Numbered from the stretch's first letter, positions 25,905 through 39,598 are shown. The stretch is DNA of 64,000 bases from Gnetum montanum (GCA_015680685.1 MNCI01000459.1:129327-193326); one strand, 5' to 3'. Notes: generated from the letters alone by a model not told the origin. Numbers and translations: made by a program.

Positions 25905-26245
25905 GGTAAGCATCCATAGTTCGCTATGACTATAAACTGGCATCCATAGTCTGCTATGACTATAAACCGGCATCCATAGTCTTCCATGACTATAAACTGA
26001 CACAGATAGTCTACCATGACTACAAACTAGCACAAAATGTCTGCTATGATGTTAAAATGGCATACAAAGTATGCTATGACCTCAAACTGGGCCATCCACC
26101 ATCTGCTACGATGATAAACTAGCACAACAGTTTGCTAGGACTTTAAACTAGCATAGCAATCTGCTGGGACCTTACACTAACAAAATAGTCTGTTAGGACC
26201 TTAAACCAGTACATCAGATGGTCTACTAGTACCTTAAATTGGGTT
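25905..26245 (+). repeat. ~30-nt tandem repeat directly after the integrase stop (B)
   Basis: About 11 units of gcatccatagtctgctatgactataaactg drifting to ggaccttaaactag; equivalent array in C 40600-40870. Confidence 0.88.
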
Positions 26246-27614
26246 TGCAGCAAAATGTTCCTGACTTGCATCCATGACCATTCAAACAAGCAAGCGTGCC
26301 TAGTGCCAGCATGGGGTGCCGCATTGCAGTTCTAGAACATAGTTCATGATGAAAAGAAAGCATCCTCTACCCCTGGAATCTTGCTAATCCTGCATAGATG
26401 TCATCTAACATCTTGTTAACCTTCCGAAGCTACTGGTACCACAACCTGTTGCTCTAGCAGTAGCTTCTATTGTCATCACTTATTGTTGGAGTCCCAGCAT
26501 TATTGTGGCCCAGCCATAAGGTCATTGTCCTTCAGCCCCCGCCATCACCCAAGATCAAAAGACATTAAGCTATTAGGCCTCACACCTTACAACTAAACTG
26601 CATGATGTTTTCCTTGGGTGGGGACTCCTAAGCACTCGCATTGCCGCAACTCCTAGCCATCTTGGTGCCTACCCCTTCAGCCTACCGCTACTAGAACTAC
26701 TGTTGGCCTTCCTTCTTTAGACATCACATGCCTCAACAACAATGCCTATCACTTTAATGATGTCTATAGTAAGTAAGACCTTTTCATAACTGCATTTTAT
26801 GGTTACATTTCTTTGGTCTTCTTTCTATTGCATTTGCAAGATATGGATCGAGATGGCATCAGTTAGAGATGCGTTTCACCAGGAGGATAAGACACCACAT
26901 CGTTCCAAGGTGACCACTCTGACTAGCTTAGCTACTTGGGAGTGCACATTCTACCCTTCCTTTTAAACCTTTGTCATCTCATTTCTCACACCCATAGTTT
27001 CCCTTTTCACATCCCCTTTACCAGCTTTTTTTGACATGTGTAAAGCCCTCCCATATTCTCAACTGCAAAGTCCATGATGCACGTAACACAAATCGCCACA
27101 TGGGAAGAATTTGTAGGTAGGTCAAAATACCACATGGATGTAACACAACTCATCATGGGGAGGAAACACCTATCCTGCAATAACAAGGTTGTTTGCAAAT
27201 GAACACGGCTAAACATCAAAAGAAAAGCACAAAAGAGTAATAGAGCTCCAGAAAAAAAGAGAGCTTGAAAAATAAAAAGAAAAAGAGTGTGTGCCCAAAG
27301 CAAATGGCACACTAGCTATTTTACAATGATCCTATCTAAGTGTTCTGATGAGAGGCTAGAAGCCAACAAAAGAAATATGTTCACACATGTTGATTCCCTC
27401 ACAAGCACTCCAACGAGGGACCATGCTACATTTCATCTTTCCTTTGCCTGAAACTGTCCCCTCATGTTCACCCTTTCCCCTCCCTCCTACATAACTATCC
27501 TGTTACTTCCAAAGCAACATCTGAGCAACCACTAGAGAGCGATGTTAGCAACTTATCCTCCATGGTGTTTCATATTCTTTATCAACATCTATTGGGTGGA
27601 TCCTCCAAACATTA

Positions 27615-27629
27615 ACAAAGAGGGGCTAG
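27615..27629 (+). promoter_or_regulatory. Polypurine tract of B
   Basis: ACAAAGAGGGGCTAG immediately before TGAAACACC. Confidence 0.88.
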
Positions 27630-29507
27630 TGAAACACCATAAACTTTTAAGACCCTCATGCTTCAACAAGGTCTTGGAATTTAGAAAAGGACTTCCACAA
27701 GTGCAGCATTATGAAAGTTCAACAGGAAAATGTAGGTGCTAAAGTTGAACTATCCAGTCTGGCAAGTTTTCTATCTCAAGGGCTAATAGGTCCGATGGAC
27801 TCTCCGACTTGCCCAATTGGACAATTAACTTGGCTGACAATCTACCTAGAAACTATGATGGGATTTGCCAAAAGTGTTTGGGATGAGCAAAATAGATTGG
27901 TAATTTTTCTAGTAAGGAAGTCTGCTACGCTATGTAGCATAGAAAGCTTTGAAAAATAGCTGCTCAAGCAACCATGTGCTAAGTGATAGAATGATTGTAA
28001 AAAATGTCATCAATGCAAGAGGGTATGCTATGTAGCATAGCATAGTGTAGCAAAGGCAAAGAAGAAAGGCCCATCTTGCTAAGTTATTCTAACTAGAAAA
28101 TTTCACTTGGCAACACCTTGGCCTCCAAAAATAGTTTCCTCGCTTAGCCCTTGCACCTCGAGCAAAATTCCTTGCTAGAAAATGGCAGATTGAACAAAAA
28201 AGAAAGATATGCTGGCTGTTATGTCATGCTATGCTACATAGCATATCACAACATAGCAATGATGCAAAAGTAGAAAAAGCATTTCAAACATGAGTTCAGT
28301 GAGTTCAAAATCTCTCTAGCATGAAGGAAAAAAGTTGTAGTTATTAGCATCACTAAGCCTTAAATGAATGCTTTTAAGTTCCAACACAAATTTCAGTTAA
28401 GACCAGTGGCTACACTATGCTACGCTACGTAGTGTAGCACAGCGTAGCAGGCAAGCAACTACTTATGCTACACCAATGTGTTCAACAACATGAGTAAATA
28501 CAATACTAGTATGGAAGCATCAAGACATCTTCAGGTAGCTCTAGAACTTGTTGATAGAAATTTTCCTCCCTCTGACATCTCCTTAGCAAGATCAGCAGTT
28601 TTACTCCACTTCGCATCCCCTTAGTTGGCTCCAAAAACATTGTTCCTATGCTTAACCCCACTTGCAAGAATAGGGAAGATGTAGTTCTAGAGCATAGGCT
28701 CCATTTTTCTTACATTGTTAGCACATTGGATCTCAGCACATGCAGTTTCGATGGTATGGTCACAGTTTAACAAAGTTCACATCCAGCTTCACACACCTAC
28801 ATGGTATAGACCTGTTAGCATCTTGTGGGGTCCAAGACATGTGGCATCTAGACCAATTTTCTCTCCTACTCATGGACCTATAAATACCCTAGCAAACAAT
28901 ACTCAAAGGGTTGGATTTTTTACGTGTGCAAGAGTAGTTGGCTTGGTTGGCTTTTCATGTGTAGTTGGCTCTTATGTTGGCTTTTAGGAAGCATAGTGGG
29001 CATTTTTCTTGAGTGTTCTAGTTACCTTTGAGCTCTTTGGTCAACTTTGAACATCCCTTTTTGAGTCAATCATTTTGACATCTTAGCAAATAGATCGGCA
29101 AGTAGAAGAACTGTGACTATACCACTCAGTGTAAGCAGTGTCTCTTTGGCATTGCAAAACCTTTTGTACACCTTTAGAACAAGGCTAAAAACCAAATTTG
29201 TGACCTTTGGGTGGTGCATTCTCTCACCCAAGTTTTTCTTGTTGTTTCCTCGTTATAATTGTTATTTTGCATTATTCTCACCATCTTGCATTTATTGATC
29301 ATCGGTTTATCTCACGTGTCTCGCTTCTGGAACAAACATTTATGTAAGGTTAAGATACACTAATTAAGTCCATGTCTAATTGACCAGATTATTCAAGGCA
29401 CCCTGCTTCCATTTTTTCTCCAGCATGGCCCTCGCATGGATTCAGGGTTTAACTGTTCACCTGACAACCTCTTGGTGTTCCAGCCACCAACGTTTTTGGT
29501 TGCTACA
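27630..29507 (+). repeat. 3' LTR of element B (~1.9 kb)
   Basis: TGAAACACC...GGTTGCTACA; TATAAATA ~28879; direct repeat of 12033-13184. Confidence 0.93.
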
Positions 29508-29523
29508 ATAATAAAGTGGGATA

Positions 29524-29552
29524 TTATATATATACACACACACACACACACA
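29524..29552. repeat. (TA)n(CA)n microsatellite
   Basis: tatatatatacacacacacacacacaca seen directly. Confidence 0.9.
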
Positions 29553-31404
29553 AACCTTAGAGCTAGTAAGTTCAATTTGTGCTCTGAATTGAACCTTTCC
29601 AAATGATGAAGCACCTTGAATAGCTTCAATTTATGCACCTCCAGTATGTCCACTTTGGATTTGTTCGTTCTACAACCTAGATTGCACCTTTAATAAATAC
29701 ATCAAGAAACATAAGTAATAATAGAAATATAAAATGTATAAATACATAAAAATACCTTTTTATTTCCCTTTGAATTTTTAGTATGTTGCAAATACATTTG
29801 ATCCCTTGCATTCTTGATCTAACTCTTTACAACTCTATCCTCTTCAAAAAATTTGGAATGTGAACTAGGATTGTAATGACTAAAAAGTTTGGTTAAAGGG
29901 TTGTAACTTAAGATTAAAGACATGATAAAGGAAATACAACATATGGCATAAGGTTTTTTGGGATTTTTTTTTGTGTAGCATCAACTCCATTCATGGCATT
30001 GTACAAGGTAGAAAAGCAAATAATGACCAATCATAAACTCTATTAGTTTTGGCACCATGGATGATATAAATGAAATAGACACTAACATGAGTCTAGTATT
30101 GATGCCATAAGATCTTTCTATTAATGAATTGGAAAACCTCAAAGTCAATTTCATTAATAAAATAAACATGAAGAAATTGACTTTTGTGGATTGTAAAATT
30201 ACAAAGATAATAAGATAATTTTTCTTGGCAAAATAATTAAAATTGAGAGAAAGCTAATGGAATTAGAGGATCCTCCCGTAAGTATAAACCTAATGCTATT
30301 TGAATATCGGATGGAATAAAACCTAAAGCTATTCGAATATTGGATGGAATAACCTTTATCAACCCAAAAAATAGTTGGAAATAGGAGCTTTTATTTTTAA
30401 GATAAATATTACAATATTGAATTATTAAGGCTTCACAATATGATGGTTTAAAAATAGGGAAGACAAGTAATTAAAAAAATCATGGAGTTGTAAGGTAATG
30501 AAACCTCTCCTTTCCAAGTAAATTACATACACAATCATAATTGGAAGTAGTAACAACATTATTTTGATGAAAAAGAATGTACATTGATTTGGAGCTACAT
30601 AAAGGAGCTAGAGAAGAAGCTTGACAAAGATGCTTTGTGGTCACAATGTCAATAGTTGAAATATTTAATGTCTCTTGTATGAATTTTCCAATCTTTGAGA
30701 GGAATCCTTCTATCTTCTATTGATGCTATGTTATGATAGGCAAAGACTTCTTCTCTTATGTATTTATAAAAGAATAGTAAGAACCTTAGCAAGAGAAAAG
30801 ATAAAGTATTAAGTTAAGTTAATTAATAATTAAATGAATCTAATTGTTACTTTTCATGATTTTTTAATTAATAGGTCAACCAAAATAGTGCTATCTCTAG
30901 CTAGATGAGTAGTGCTCTTTGAGACAATTCCAATAGTACTAATTTCGTCAAAATTTAACTTATGGTTTAGGAGATATGGAATTTCTTAGGTTACGTGTAG
31001 TTTTAAAATTAAAAAGGTGTATATTTTATTTTATATATTTTAAATTTTAATTTATTTTTTTAAAATTTGAATGGTAAGTTGTGGGTTTGACCCTAAACTC
31101 TAGTGTTTTTTTTATGCTGTCATTCCATGCCACAGCCCTGGGATGGGCATGTCCGTCGACAATGGTGCTAGCTATGTTAATGGATATCCTAACCTATTGA
31201 TGTGACACCAACCTACTACCTCAGGCTATCATTTTGTAACCATAGCACCTTGTGATGCCATAATTCCCTAATGACTAACCACTATGTGCCACCTTCTAAG
31301 TATCACCATGAACCCTACCACCATGCTGCCTAAACAACAACCACCCATTACCTCTATCATGCCATGTGCCACCACTACCATTGACTACACCACCCTACAC
31401 TATG

Positions 31405-32020
31405 ACATCCATCAATAATGGTCTATTCTGGTGCTTCATGGGAATTAATGGCACCATCCATAATGGCCTATTTTGGTACTTCTTGTGCACCAATAGTGCC
31501 ATCTAGAATGACCCATTCTAGCATTCTATGAGCATCGACAATGCCATTCACAATGGCTTGTTTCAATGCTCCATGAGCCTTGATGGTGATATCCATAATG
31601 GTCCATTCTGATGCTTCATAGGCATTGATATCACCACCTATAATAATCCATTTAAGCATTCCACAAGCACTATTTCCATCATTCATAATATCTTGTTCCA
31701 ATGTTGTGCAAGCATCAACAACACTGCTCATAATGACTTGTTCCAATGCTCCATGGACACTAATTATGTCATCCATAATGGCATGTTCCAGTGCTCTATG
31801 GGCACTAACAACACTACCAATAATGACTCACTTTGATGCTCTATGGGCATCAAAGACATTGCTTGTTATGGCCTATTCTAACACTTTGTAGGCACCAATG
31901 ACACCATCCATAATAGTCCATTCTAGTGCACCACAAGAACTGAGAGCATTTTCTATAATGGCTCATTTTGATGCTTCATGGGCATCAACAATGCCATCCA
32001 TAATGGCCCATTCTAGTTCC
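31405..32020. repeat. Diverged 45-bp minisatellite (~14 units)
   Basis: Consensus ~ccataatggccyattcyartgctycatgggcaycaayaryrccat recurs every 45 nt; the ORFs crossing it show 15-aa periodicity. Confidence 0.85.
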
Positions 32021-35000
32021 TTCTAGTACCAAAAGCCTTTGTTAGAGATGCATGTAGTGCAGCCTTTTGCACTGGCCCCTATGTAGGCCACATGCTACCT
32101 ATGAACAGGTCATGCTGGCTAAGAAATTGTTGTGCAAAAAATTCCTGTACCACCAACATTGATCTACTTTTTCCTAAGCTACTAATGCCATTAAGAGACC
32201 ACCATCAACATGCCACCATGGCCATTGCTACTGCTCTCTCTACATTTTGTGCATTGAAGAAACTCTTATCAATTGATGGAAATTTTAAAAAAAATTTCAA
32301 CTAACAGAAAATTTAAAATTTTCATTTTTGAGCCATTAATTTAAAATAAGAATGAATAGAAATAATTTTCAAAAATAAAATTTTCCATCTTGGTAACAAT
32401 AAGATTAAAACTTCCATAATTAAGCATGCTTATCCTTAAGTAGTACTTGGATGTGTGACCTCTATAGAAGTCTTCAAAATCATGTAGTTTTGTAAACATA
32501 AAACATCCATAACTTTTGATTTCAAAGTTCATTTTCAATGAAAAAAAAATTAATTTCAATAGATTTGAACCTTTTTAACAATGGAATGGTTTTATGTTTC
32601 TTTGGAATGATAGAAGGGTAGCTTTTAATACATTATTTAGGATCCCAAAATAAATAAGGGTTCTATGGTCACATAGAAAATCAAGATAATTCTAGCCTCT
32701 CCTTGAACCAATTAAGTATCATAAGATCCTTGAAAAGGATCATAGAGGTCAAGGGTTGTCAATACACCTAATTTCTTCAACTTACTTGTCATGAATGAAA
32801 ATCTCGATTGCTAGAAGTTTGAAAATTCTAGTGAAATAGATTTAATCCAAAATCCCAAGTGCCTCCACGAAAAAAATAGGATCCAAGGTTTTGTGGATGA
32901 TTAGGTAAATCACCCAAGGACTTAGGGAGGGAAAGGTAACAAAAATTAAAATTTGAATATAGATTTGGAAAATAAATGCATAGAAATGAGACAAATGAAT
33001 AAGGCTTCCACACAAACAAAACCATAAACTTGATTTTAAATAAATAACAAAAGCTCAAGAAATGTCTATAATATGTACTTGGAGTAGCAAGGCGGTTCAT
33101 AGTCCATTGAAAATACTACAACCAGCTCCATGATTTAGAGGTTCATTAACTCCTAATTCTTTTAGTTCTTCATAAATATTTGCATTAGATCTACAATGCT
33201 GGTGGTGCAATGGAGGTGATATGTGTGGGGGCCTTTGTAGTGCCAAGAGAAGTAATGCAAGAAATATCAAGCCCAAGATGGTCAACATTGCTATGAAATT
33301 CACATAATACCAAAAGGAAATAATTATGGATCACAATGACTATAGGGATTCCATGTTAGGATGATCTAAGAAGCTATGTATTTACAAGATTACAAGAGCT
33401 CTCCAATTTATAAGTATTCTTGAAAATGAAATAGTTTAAAACCATTTCATGATTTTGGTGGTTGGGTTTTCTAGGTTTTTAAGGTCATGAAGTTTGCTAT
33501 GAATTTTCTACCAAATTGCTAATATATTTTTGCTATTTACAGGTCTTTTGGATGTTCAAATATAGTAGGGTTACTATGTATGGTAAGTGGTATATTCCCA
33601 TGGCATTAAATCCATTCCATTTACTAAAAATAGTAAACTAGAGTTTCACTCTTGCTAGCTTCTTCCACCCATGTTGGGTATTCCAACAGTAATGTTGGCA
33701 TGTAGAATCAATGTTGGAGTTGAAGAAATGCTAAAATTTTGGGATATGTTGGACCAATTCTTGGGGAGAGGTGCAACACTATTAGGGGATAAGAGGAAAT
33801 GCTTAAAGGATAAGAGTTATACCCCCCACATTCAACATGGTTGATGTCACACCCCCCAACATTAGGCAAAGGTAGGTTATACCCTCCAATAGGTGCCTCC
33901 AACATGGATAATTTTATACCCCTAATAATACCCATTAAAATTCCAATTTTGGCATCCCAAAAGGAATTTTTAACTATCCCCCCTTCCAAGCCAAAACATA
34001 GGCATTATATAGCTTTTCTCACTTTGGGAATGAGGCTTTAAGAACTTATGAGGCATTTTTTAGTTGCAAAAGTATAAATTATGTGAGATTGCATGTCATG
34101 GGTTACACTATTTACATTTTACAATGAAATTTCAACCTCAGGTCTTATGGTGTAAGGGTTACATAAAGAAAAAAGGTTACAACATGAATTTTTTATGGTG
34201 TTTCATTGACCTCTCTTTATTAGTATTGGGAGGATGGACTCAATAGGCACTGGCATAGAATATAAAAACAACACTGCAAGTCCATCACTGATGTTCCCTC
34301 TTTGCACTTGATTCAGTCATGTCAAACCATGCTAAAGAGTGCTTGCAATGATGGGGTAAGTTCTTGATAAGGTAATGGTAATGAAGTTGTCAGAAAATGG
34401 TTATAAAGGCTAAAAATGCATGCCTTATATCGACATCATGACTACAGTGTGGTAATGACATGTTGGTTAATCAATACTTTTGGAACTTCATGTTTTGATG
34501 TGTGGCTTACTTGGCAAATTTGTTTGAGGAATCATTACCTCACTCCATGATTTCCTTAGTGTTTAGGCTCCTCCCCTTGCCTATTCAAAGCCGTTGACTA
34601 GAACTTTTGGTCTTTATGGACTATTCCAGCTTCTCAACAATTTGCTTTCCATTTTTTTATTATGGAGTGAAAACTTCATTTGGTTTCTCTACCAAGGCTA
34701 GTTTGATTTTGTTTTCTTGTTAAATGAGATGTGTTACATCCAATGGAATTTATGGTTTTCTAGTCAAATGAGATGTGTTATGCTTAATAGCCTTAATGGT
34801 TTTTTAGTTAAACAAAATGTGTTACATTCAACAGACTTGTGGGTGGAGCATGATAAAGGGATGTCATATGGCCATAATGCATTAGTGTCAAACATTAGTT
34901 AGCATTGGCATTTAAGGAAAGGAAGGTTATAATAAGGCTATGGGGTTGTATTTGAGAAGATGATAATAGGTAATGGAAATGAAACAAAAACTCAACATAG

Positions 35001-36591
35001 TAGGCCAAACTCACAAAATCTTGTAAATCAAGGTCATGTGTGTAGCGATCAAAAACGTCAATGGCTGGAAGAACACCAAGGTTGGTGGGCATGATAGTTC
35101 CAATCCCGTATCTGCGGGAGGGCCGTGCTAGATGCATGTGGACATAGGGTACCCTGAATGATCTAGTCGATCAGACAAGGACTTACATCAGTGTTAATAT
35201 AGCCTTTTTCAACATAAATAATGCGAAATACAAGATAATACTTAAGGGAAAATGAAGCGGGGGAGAAACTGTAAAAATGCAACAGTAATATGAAGTAATG
35301 CTTAAAGGTGAATAAGATAGAAAATAATGCAAAAATGAGACAAAAATGAGAGAAAAAGTAAAATGTGGTTAGAAACATGCACCACTCCGAAGCTACAAAC
35401 TCGCTTGGTCAGGGTGGATACAATCAGCTGCATGGCATGACGGAGTGTAGAAATCCCGAGGGTAACCAAAGAGTGCCAAGCAAAGAGAGCTATGCACTTG
35501 GGCACAGACTTTTGTACAAGTAGTATGGGGTTCTACCAAGGTGGTAGAACAGAGACAGGGACCTCGTAGTAGCTGAGAGAGACTCACTGTTTATAGTATT
35601 AGACAAGTGACTTTGATATTACAATGCTGGAGAGAGGGGAAATCTTTGTTTTAGAATTTCAAAGTTCCCACCACTTGGAAGCTGTTTGCTTTAAGAAAGA
35701 TGCCAACTCTTTTGAAATTATCAACTTTTAAAAATTTTGGACTCTTTAAAATTGTGGGGGCTCTTGCATGCTATTTTCTGGGATATTTATAGGATCGAGG
35801 GCATGCAAAAGGGGTGGTTTGAATGTTACGTGCCTCAGGCCTTGGTCGTCTTGCTGGTGCCACTCTTGTTGTTTGTGACCATTGGACCTACAAGACCATT
35901 GCGATGCAATCTTGTATGCAATAACTGTAATCCTACTACACTGTAATTGTGCCATCAGCATTTTGAGGTGTTTGCCAATGGTTCGATTAGGTGCAGTGCA
36001 TTGATGTCATACATCCACCTGTATGCCTTGCTGTGCTTTGTGACATGGCATGTTTGGCGTAGCATACCACTTTATGGCACGTCCTGCTATATGTCCCATG
36101 CTTGCTATGCTATGTAGCGTAGCATAGCATAGCAACTTGCCTTAGTTGTGAAATCTTTGTTGTTTTACAAACCTTGTCTCCTATGATGCAAGTCTTAGGA
36201 ACTCCGTTGACTCCAACTTTCAAACCACCTTCTGTCTCTTTTACAAGATTGCTACGCCTTGCTACGCCATGTAGCTAAGCATAGCATAGTAGCAGACATG
36301 GTCTGCAACTTCCTGACGAAAAAGAATGTCACTGCAGAACTCAAAATTGGGCGAGGGGAGTGGGTAATGAAGTCGTTTCCATGCTACGCTATGCGTAGCA
36401 TAGCACTTTGTTCTGCCATCATCTTCTAGAGCTTGCTACGCTACATAGCATAGCGTAGCGTATTAGACTTTGTGACATAGAAAACTTTTCGAACTATTTC
36501 ATGCACATCCAGAATGCTGCTGTCGATTCTACACACTATTTCTGAGAAGGCTGCCAGCTATTTATGCTACTTTGGTGGGTGAGCAGGATGG

Positions 36592-39429
36592 TGTTGGCAC
36601 ATTTGGCCATTTCATGGAGTAGGCTAGTAAGGTTAAATTGGTTAAAAGTTCTTGGAGAAGTGGCCAAAATTTGGGTTTAAGAGGAAAAAGAATAAGTAGC
36701 ATTTTTTTTAAAAAAATGTGTTCCTATACATAGTGGGATTATGGAAGAAGCCCAATTTACCATTTATATGATATAAAGATATAACAAATCAAAGGGCATC
36801 TTAAGTAAAATTTGTGTTGTATCCATTTTATTCCGGAAAGCAACCTCTGCAGCAACACAAATTCAGCAGGAAAATTCATATTTTAATGGAAAGGGTTCCA
36901 GAGTCTTTGTTCCACCTTACTTTTGGATTATAAATTTATCATTTAAATTTTTAAAGGTAACATAAACTGTTCCTGTTTCCAAAAATCAAAATTCATCGCG
37001 TTCCGGAAAATCAAAATTCCCAGAGAACTGCGAGCCTGAGATCTGTTCCCTGTGCTGAGCCCTCTGATTATGATCTGCACCGGATGAAGGTTCATACTAT
37101 TGCTAAGCACCATGCCGCGTAATTCAGAGAAGCTTTTTTCAAAAAAGAAGAAGAGAGAAGCAGACATCAACATTTCATTTTTTTTGGGGACCATAAGCAG
37201 CATTGGCCACCGCCTCTGCAAACAGAAATACAAAAACCTCCGTGCAAGTAGGGTAACCAAACCCTACTGATTTCTGCACCGCGCGAGTCAATACCAGGGC
37301 CTTGCTCCACTGCGTGTCGGTGGTCGCATCGGTGGAGGATAGATGGCGTGCGACGGGCGAAACGAGACAACGGTCGTGGCAGGTGGATGAACGGCGGTAG
37401 CAGAAGAAGAAAGGTAGTGGTCTCTGTTGCGCATGGGGCCATGGCCTCGGCCACGTCTAGATCTGGCCGAGGGTTGCTGTGGGTGACTTGAGGGAGATGA
37501 GGGCTGCAACGACGGCAGCAACACAACACGCGGTCGCGGCAGAGGACAAGGAAGACAGTTGTGAAATCTTCAGTTTCGGGTTCCACCTCCAACCTTGCCA
37601 AACAGGCTTGGGTTTTCTCAAAGAATGCATTTCAAAATCTTTCCAGGCGGTTAAAAAATGGCAATCATAAGTTTACTCACCCTGGAACTTGCAATCCGAA
37701 AATAGTATCCTTGCCCGATGCCGATGCCTCTGATGTCGTATACCAGTCCACGAAATAAGGCAGTAGAGACACAAAGGCACAACAAGACAGGTTTCAGGAG
37801 ATATTTTGGGCCGATGTTGGTAAACTGGGGTTGCAGTTCATTAAATAAAAGTTTAAAATAATCACAAATTAACCAAATTAACCAACATATATATACATAT
37901 ATATATAGATAGATATATACCCATAGTGTGAAGTACTCATGGTGTAAAGCCTTGGTTTAGAGATTTTCCTTTAATTACCCCAAGTCATAGACATTATTTT
38001 AAAACATTATTATATATAAGTTACTACCCATAAAATTTTTGCAATATTGATATTTAAAATATTTATTTGTAATATCACCTTACATTTAATATAAATACTA
38101 ATCACATTTAATATAAATATTAAAGTTAGCATAAAATTCTCCTAATTTCATGTATAACTTCCTAACTCCCTAACTACATAACTTCCTCCTAACTTGTTGG
38201 GCAAATAATCTTCCAATTGGTTGGCCAAGTTACTTGGGAGAGAAGTTAGGTNNNNNNNNNNNNNNNNNNNNNNNNNNNNNNNNNNNNNNNNNNNNNNNNN
38301 NNNNNNNNNNNNNNNNNNNNNNNNNNNNNNNNNNNNNNNNNNNNNNNNNNNNNNNNNNNNNNNNNNNNNNNNNNNNNNNNNNNNNNNNNNNNNNNNNNNN
38401 NNNNNNNNNNNNNNNNNNNNNNNNNNNNNNNNNNNNNNNNNNNNNNNNNNNNNNNNNNNNNNNNNNNNNNNNNNNNNNNNNNNNNNNNNNNNNNNNNNNN
38501 NNNNNNNNNNNNNNNNNNNNNNNNNNNNNNNNNNNNNNNNNNNNNNNNNNNNNNNNNNNNNNNNNNNNNNNNNNNNNNNNNNNNNNNNNNNNNNNNNNNN
38601 NNNNNNNNNNNNNNNNNNNNNNNNNNNNNNNNNNNNNNNNNNNNNNNNNNNNNNNNNNNNNNNNNNNNNNNNNNNNNNNNNNNNNNNNNNNNNNNNNNNN
38701 NNNNNNNNNNNNNNNNNNNNNNNNNNNNNNNNNNNNNNNNNNNNNNNNNNNNNNNNNNNNNNNNNNNNNNNNNNNNNNNNNNNNNNNNNNNNNNNNNNNN
38801 NNNNNNNNNNNNNNNNNNNNNNNNNNNNNNNNNNNNNNNNNNNNNNNNNNNNNNNNNNNNNNNNNNNNNNNNNNNNNNNNNNNNNNNNNNNNNNNNNNNN
38901 NNNNNNNNNNNNNNNNNNNNNNNNNNNNNNNNNNNNNNNNNNNNNNNNNNNNNNNNNNNNNNNNNNNNNNNNNNNNNNNNNNNNNNNNNNNNNNNNNNNN
39001 NNNNNNNNNNNNNNNNNNNNNNNNNNNNNNNNNNNNNNNNNNNNNNNNNNNNNNNNNNNNNNNNNNNNNNAAAACTACGAGTAGATTGTGGAGTTGTGCT
39101 CAAATGTTTTTGCAAAATTTTATTTGTTACAAGTAGGTATTATAAGGACCGCGTAGACTAGGCAGTTGAACAAAATAGGAAATTTTCAACAACTCATAGT
39201 ACTTGGCAAAGTTGGCTAAATCTCTTTAAAGTAAGTCATTTGTAGTTTACATACAATGTAATCGTTACATTTCTCACAACCGCATGCCGCAACAGCACAC
39301 ACACATACTCACATTAAGTACTAAGTTTATTTGGAGGTATCTGGGCCTTGGTGTTGTTAGAGACCAGCAGGCACCTAAATCCTGATCGAGGACACTCATT
39401 GGTGGTCGTGTCCAAAATGGTCGCCAATA
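36592..39429 (+). mobile_element. Nested LTR-type insertion X1 (probable solo LTR of another family) with TSD GATGG
   Basis: Starts TGTTGGCAC and ends GCCAATA (decayed GCCAACA). GATGG at 36587-36591 and 39430-39434. Spans the N gap, so true length is uncertain. Confidence 0.85.
38252..39070. other. Assembly gap (819 N)
   Basis: Run of N. Confidence 1.
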
Positions 39430-39584
39430 GATGGTACAGAACCTGTCCATGCTTAAAGTAGAAAATTTGCCGAACTAGCCTACCTGGACTCAGAACGTTC
39501 TCCTCCTAATGAACTACCACAGTGTTGTGCAGACTACAAGTGCCTGGTGAAGCAAGGATGACCCCTCATTTTTAGGGTGTTTCA

Positions 39585-39598
39585 TTGGCCCCTCTTTG
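39585..39598 (-). promoter_or_regulatory. Polypurine tract of C
   Basis: Minus strand CAAAGAGGGGCCAA directly before TGAAACACC. Confidence 0.88.

Larger units (their letters stand above)
12033..29507 (+). mobile_element. Element B: Tat-group Ty3/gypsy LTR retrotransposon, 5' LTR interrupted by A
   Basis: Partial 5' LTR 12033-13184 matches the 3' LTR from ~28325 to 29507. PBS, gag-PR, spacer with antisense gene, RT-RH-aRH-INT, PPT and 3' LTR occur in order. Confidence 0.95.
35041..39584 (-). repeat. 3' LTR of element C, split into 35041-36591 and 39435-39584 by an insertion
   Basis: Both pieces align contiguously to 55871-57562 across ...GGATGG|TACA... Confidence 0.93.

Noticed and set aside
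33100-34700. Possible decayed gag/protease of another retroelement
   Set aside because: Only vague compositional hints; no motif I could confirm by translation.
37167-37601. 144-aa ORF as a host gene
   Set aside because: No recognisable domain, and it lies inside TSD-bounded insertion X1; kept only as possible cargo.
38221-39136. ORFs of 287-300 aa
   Set aside because: Artefacts of the N run.
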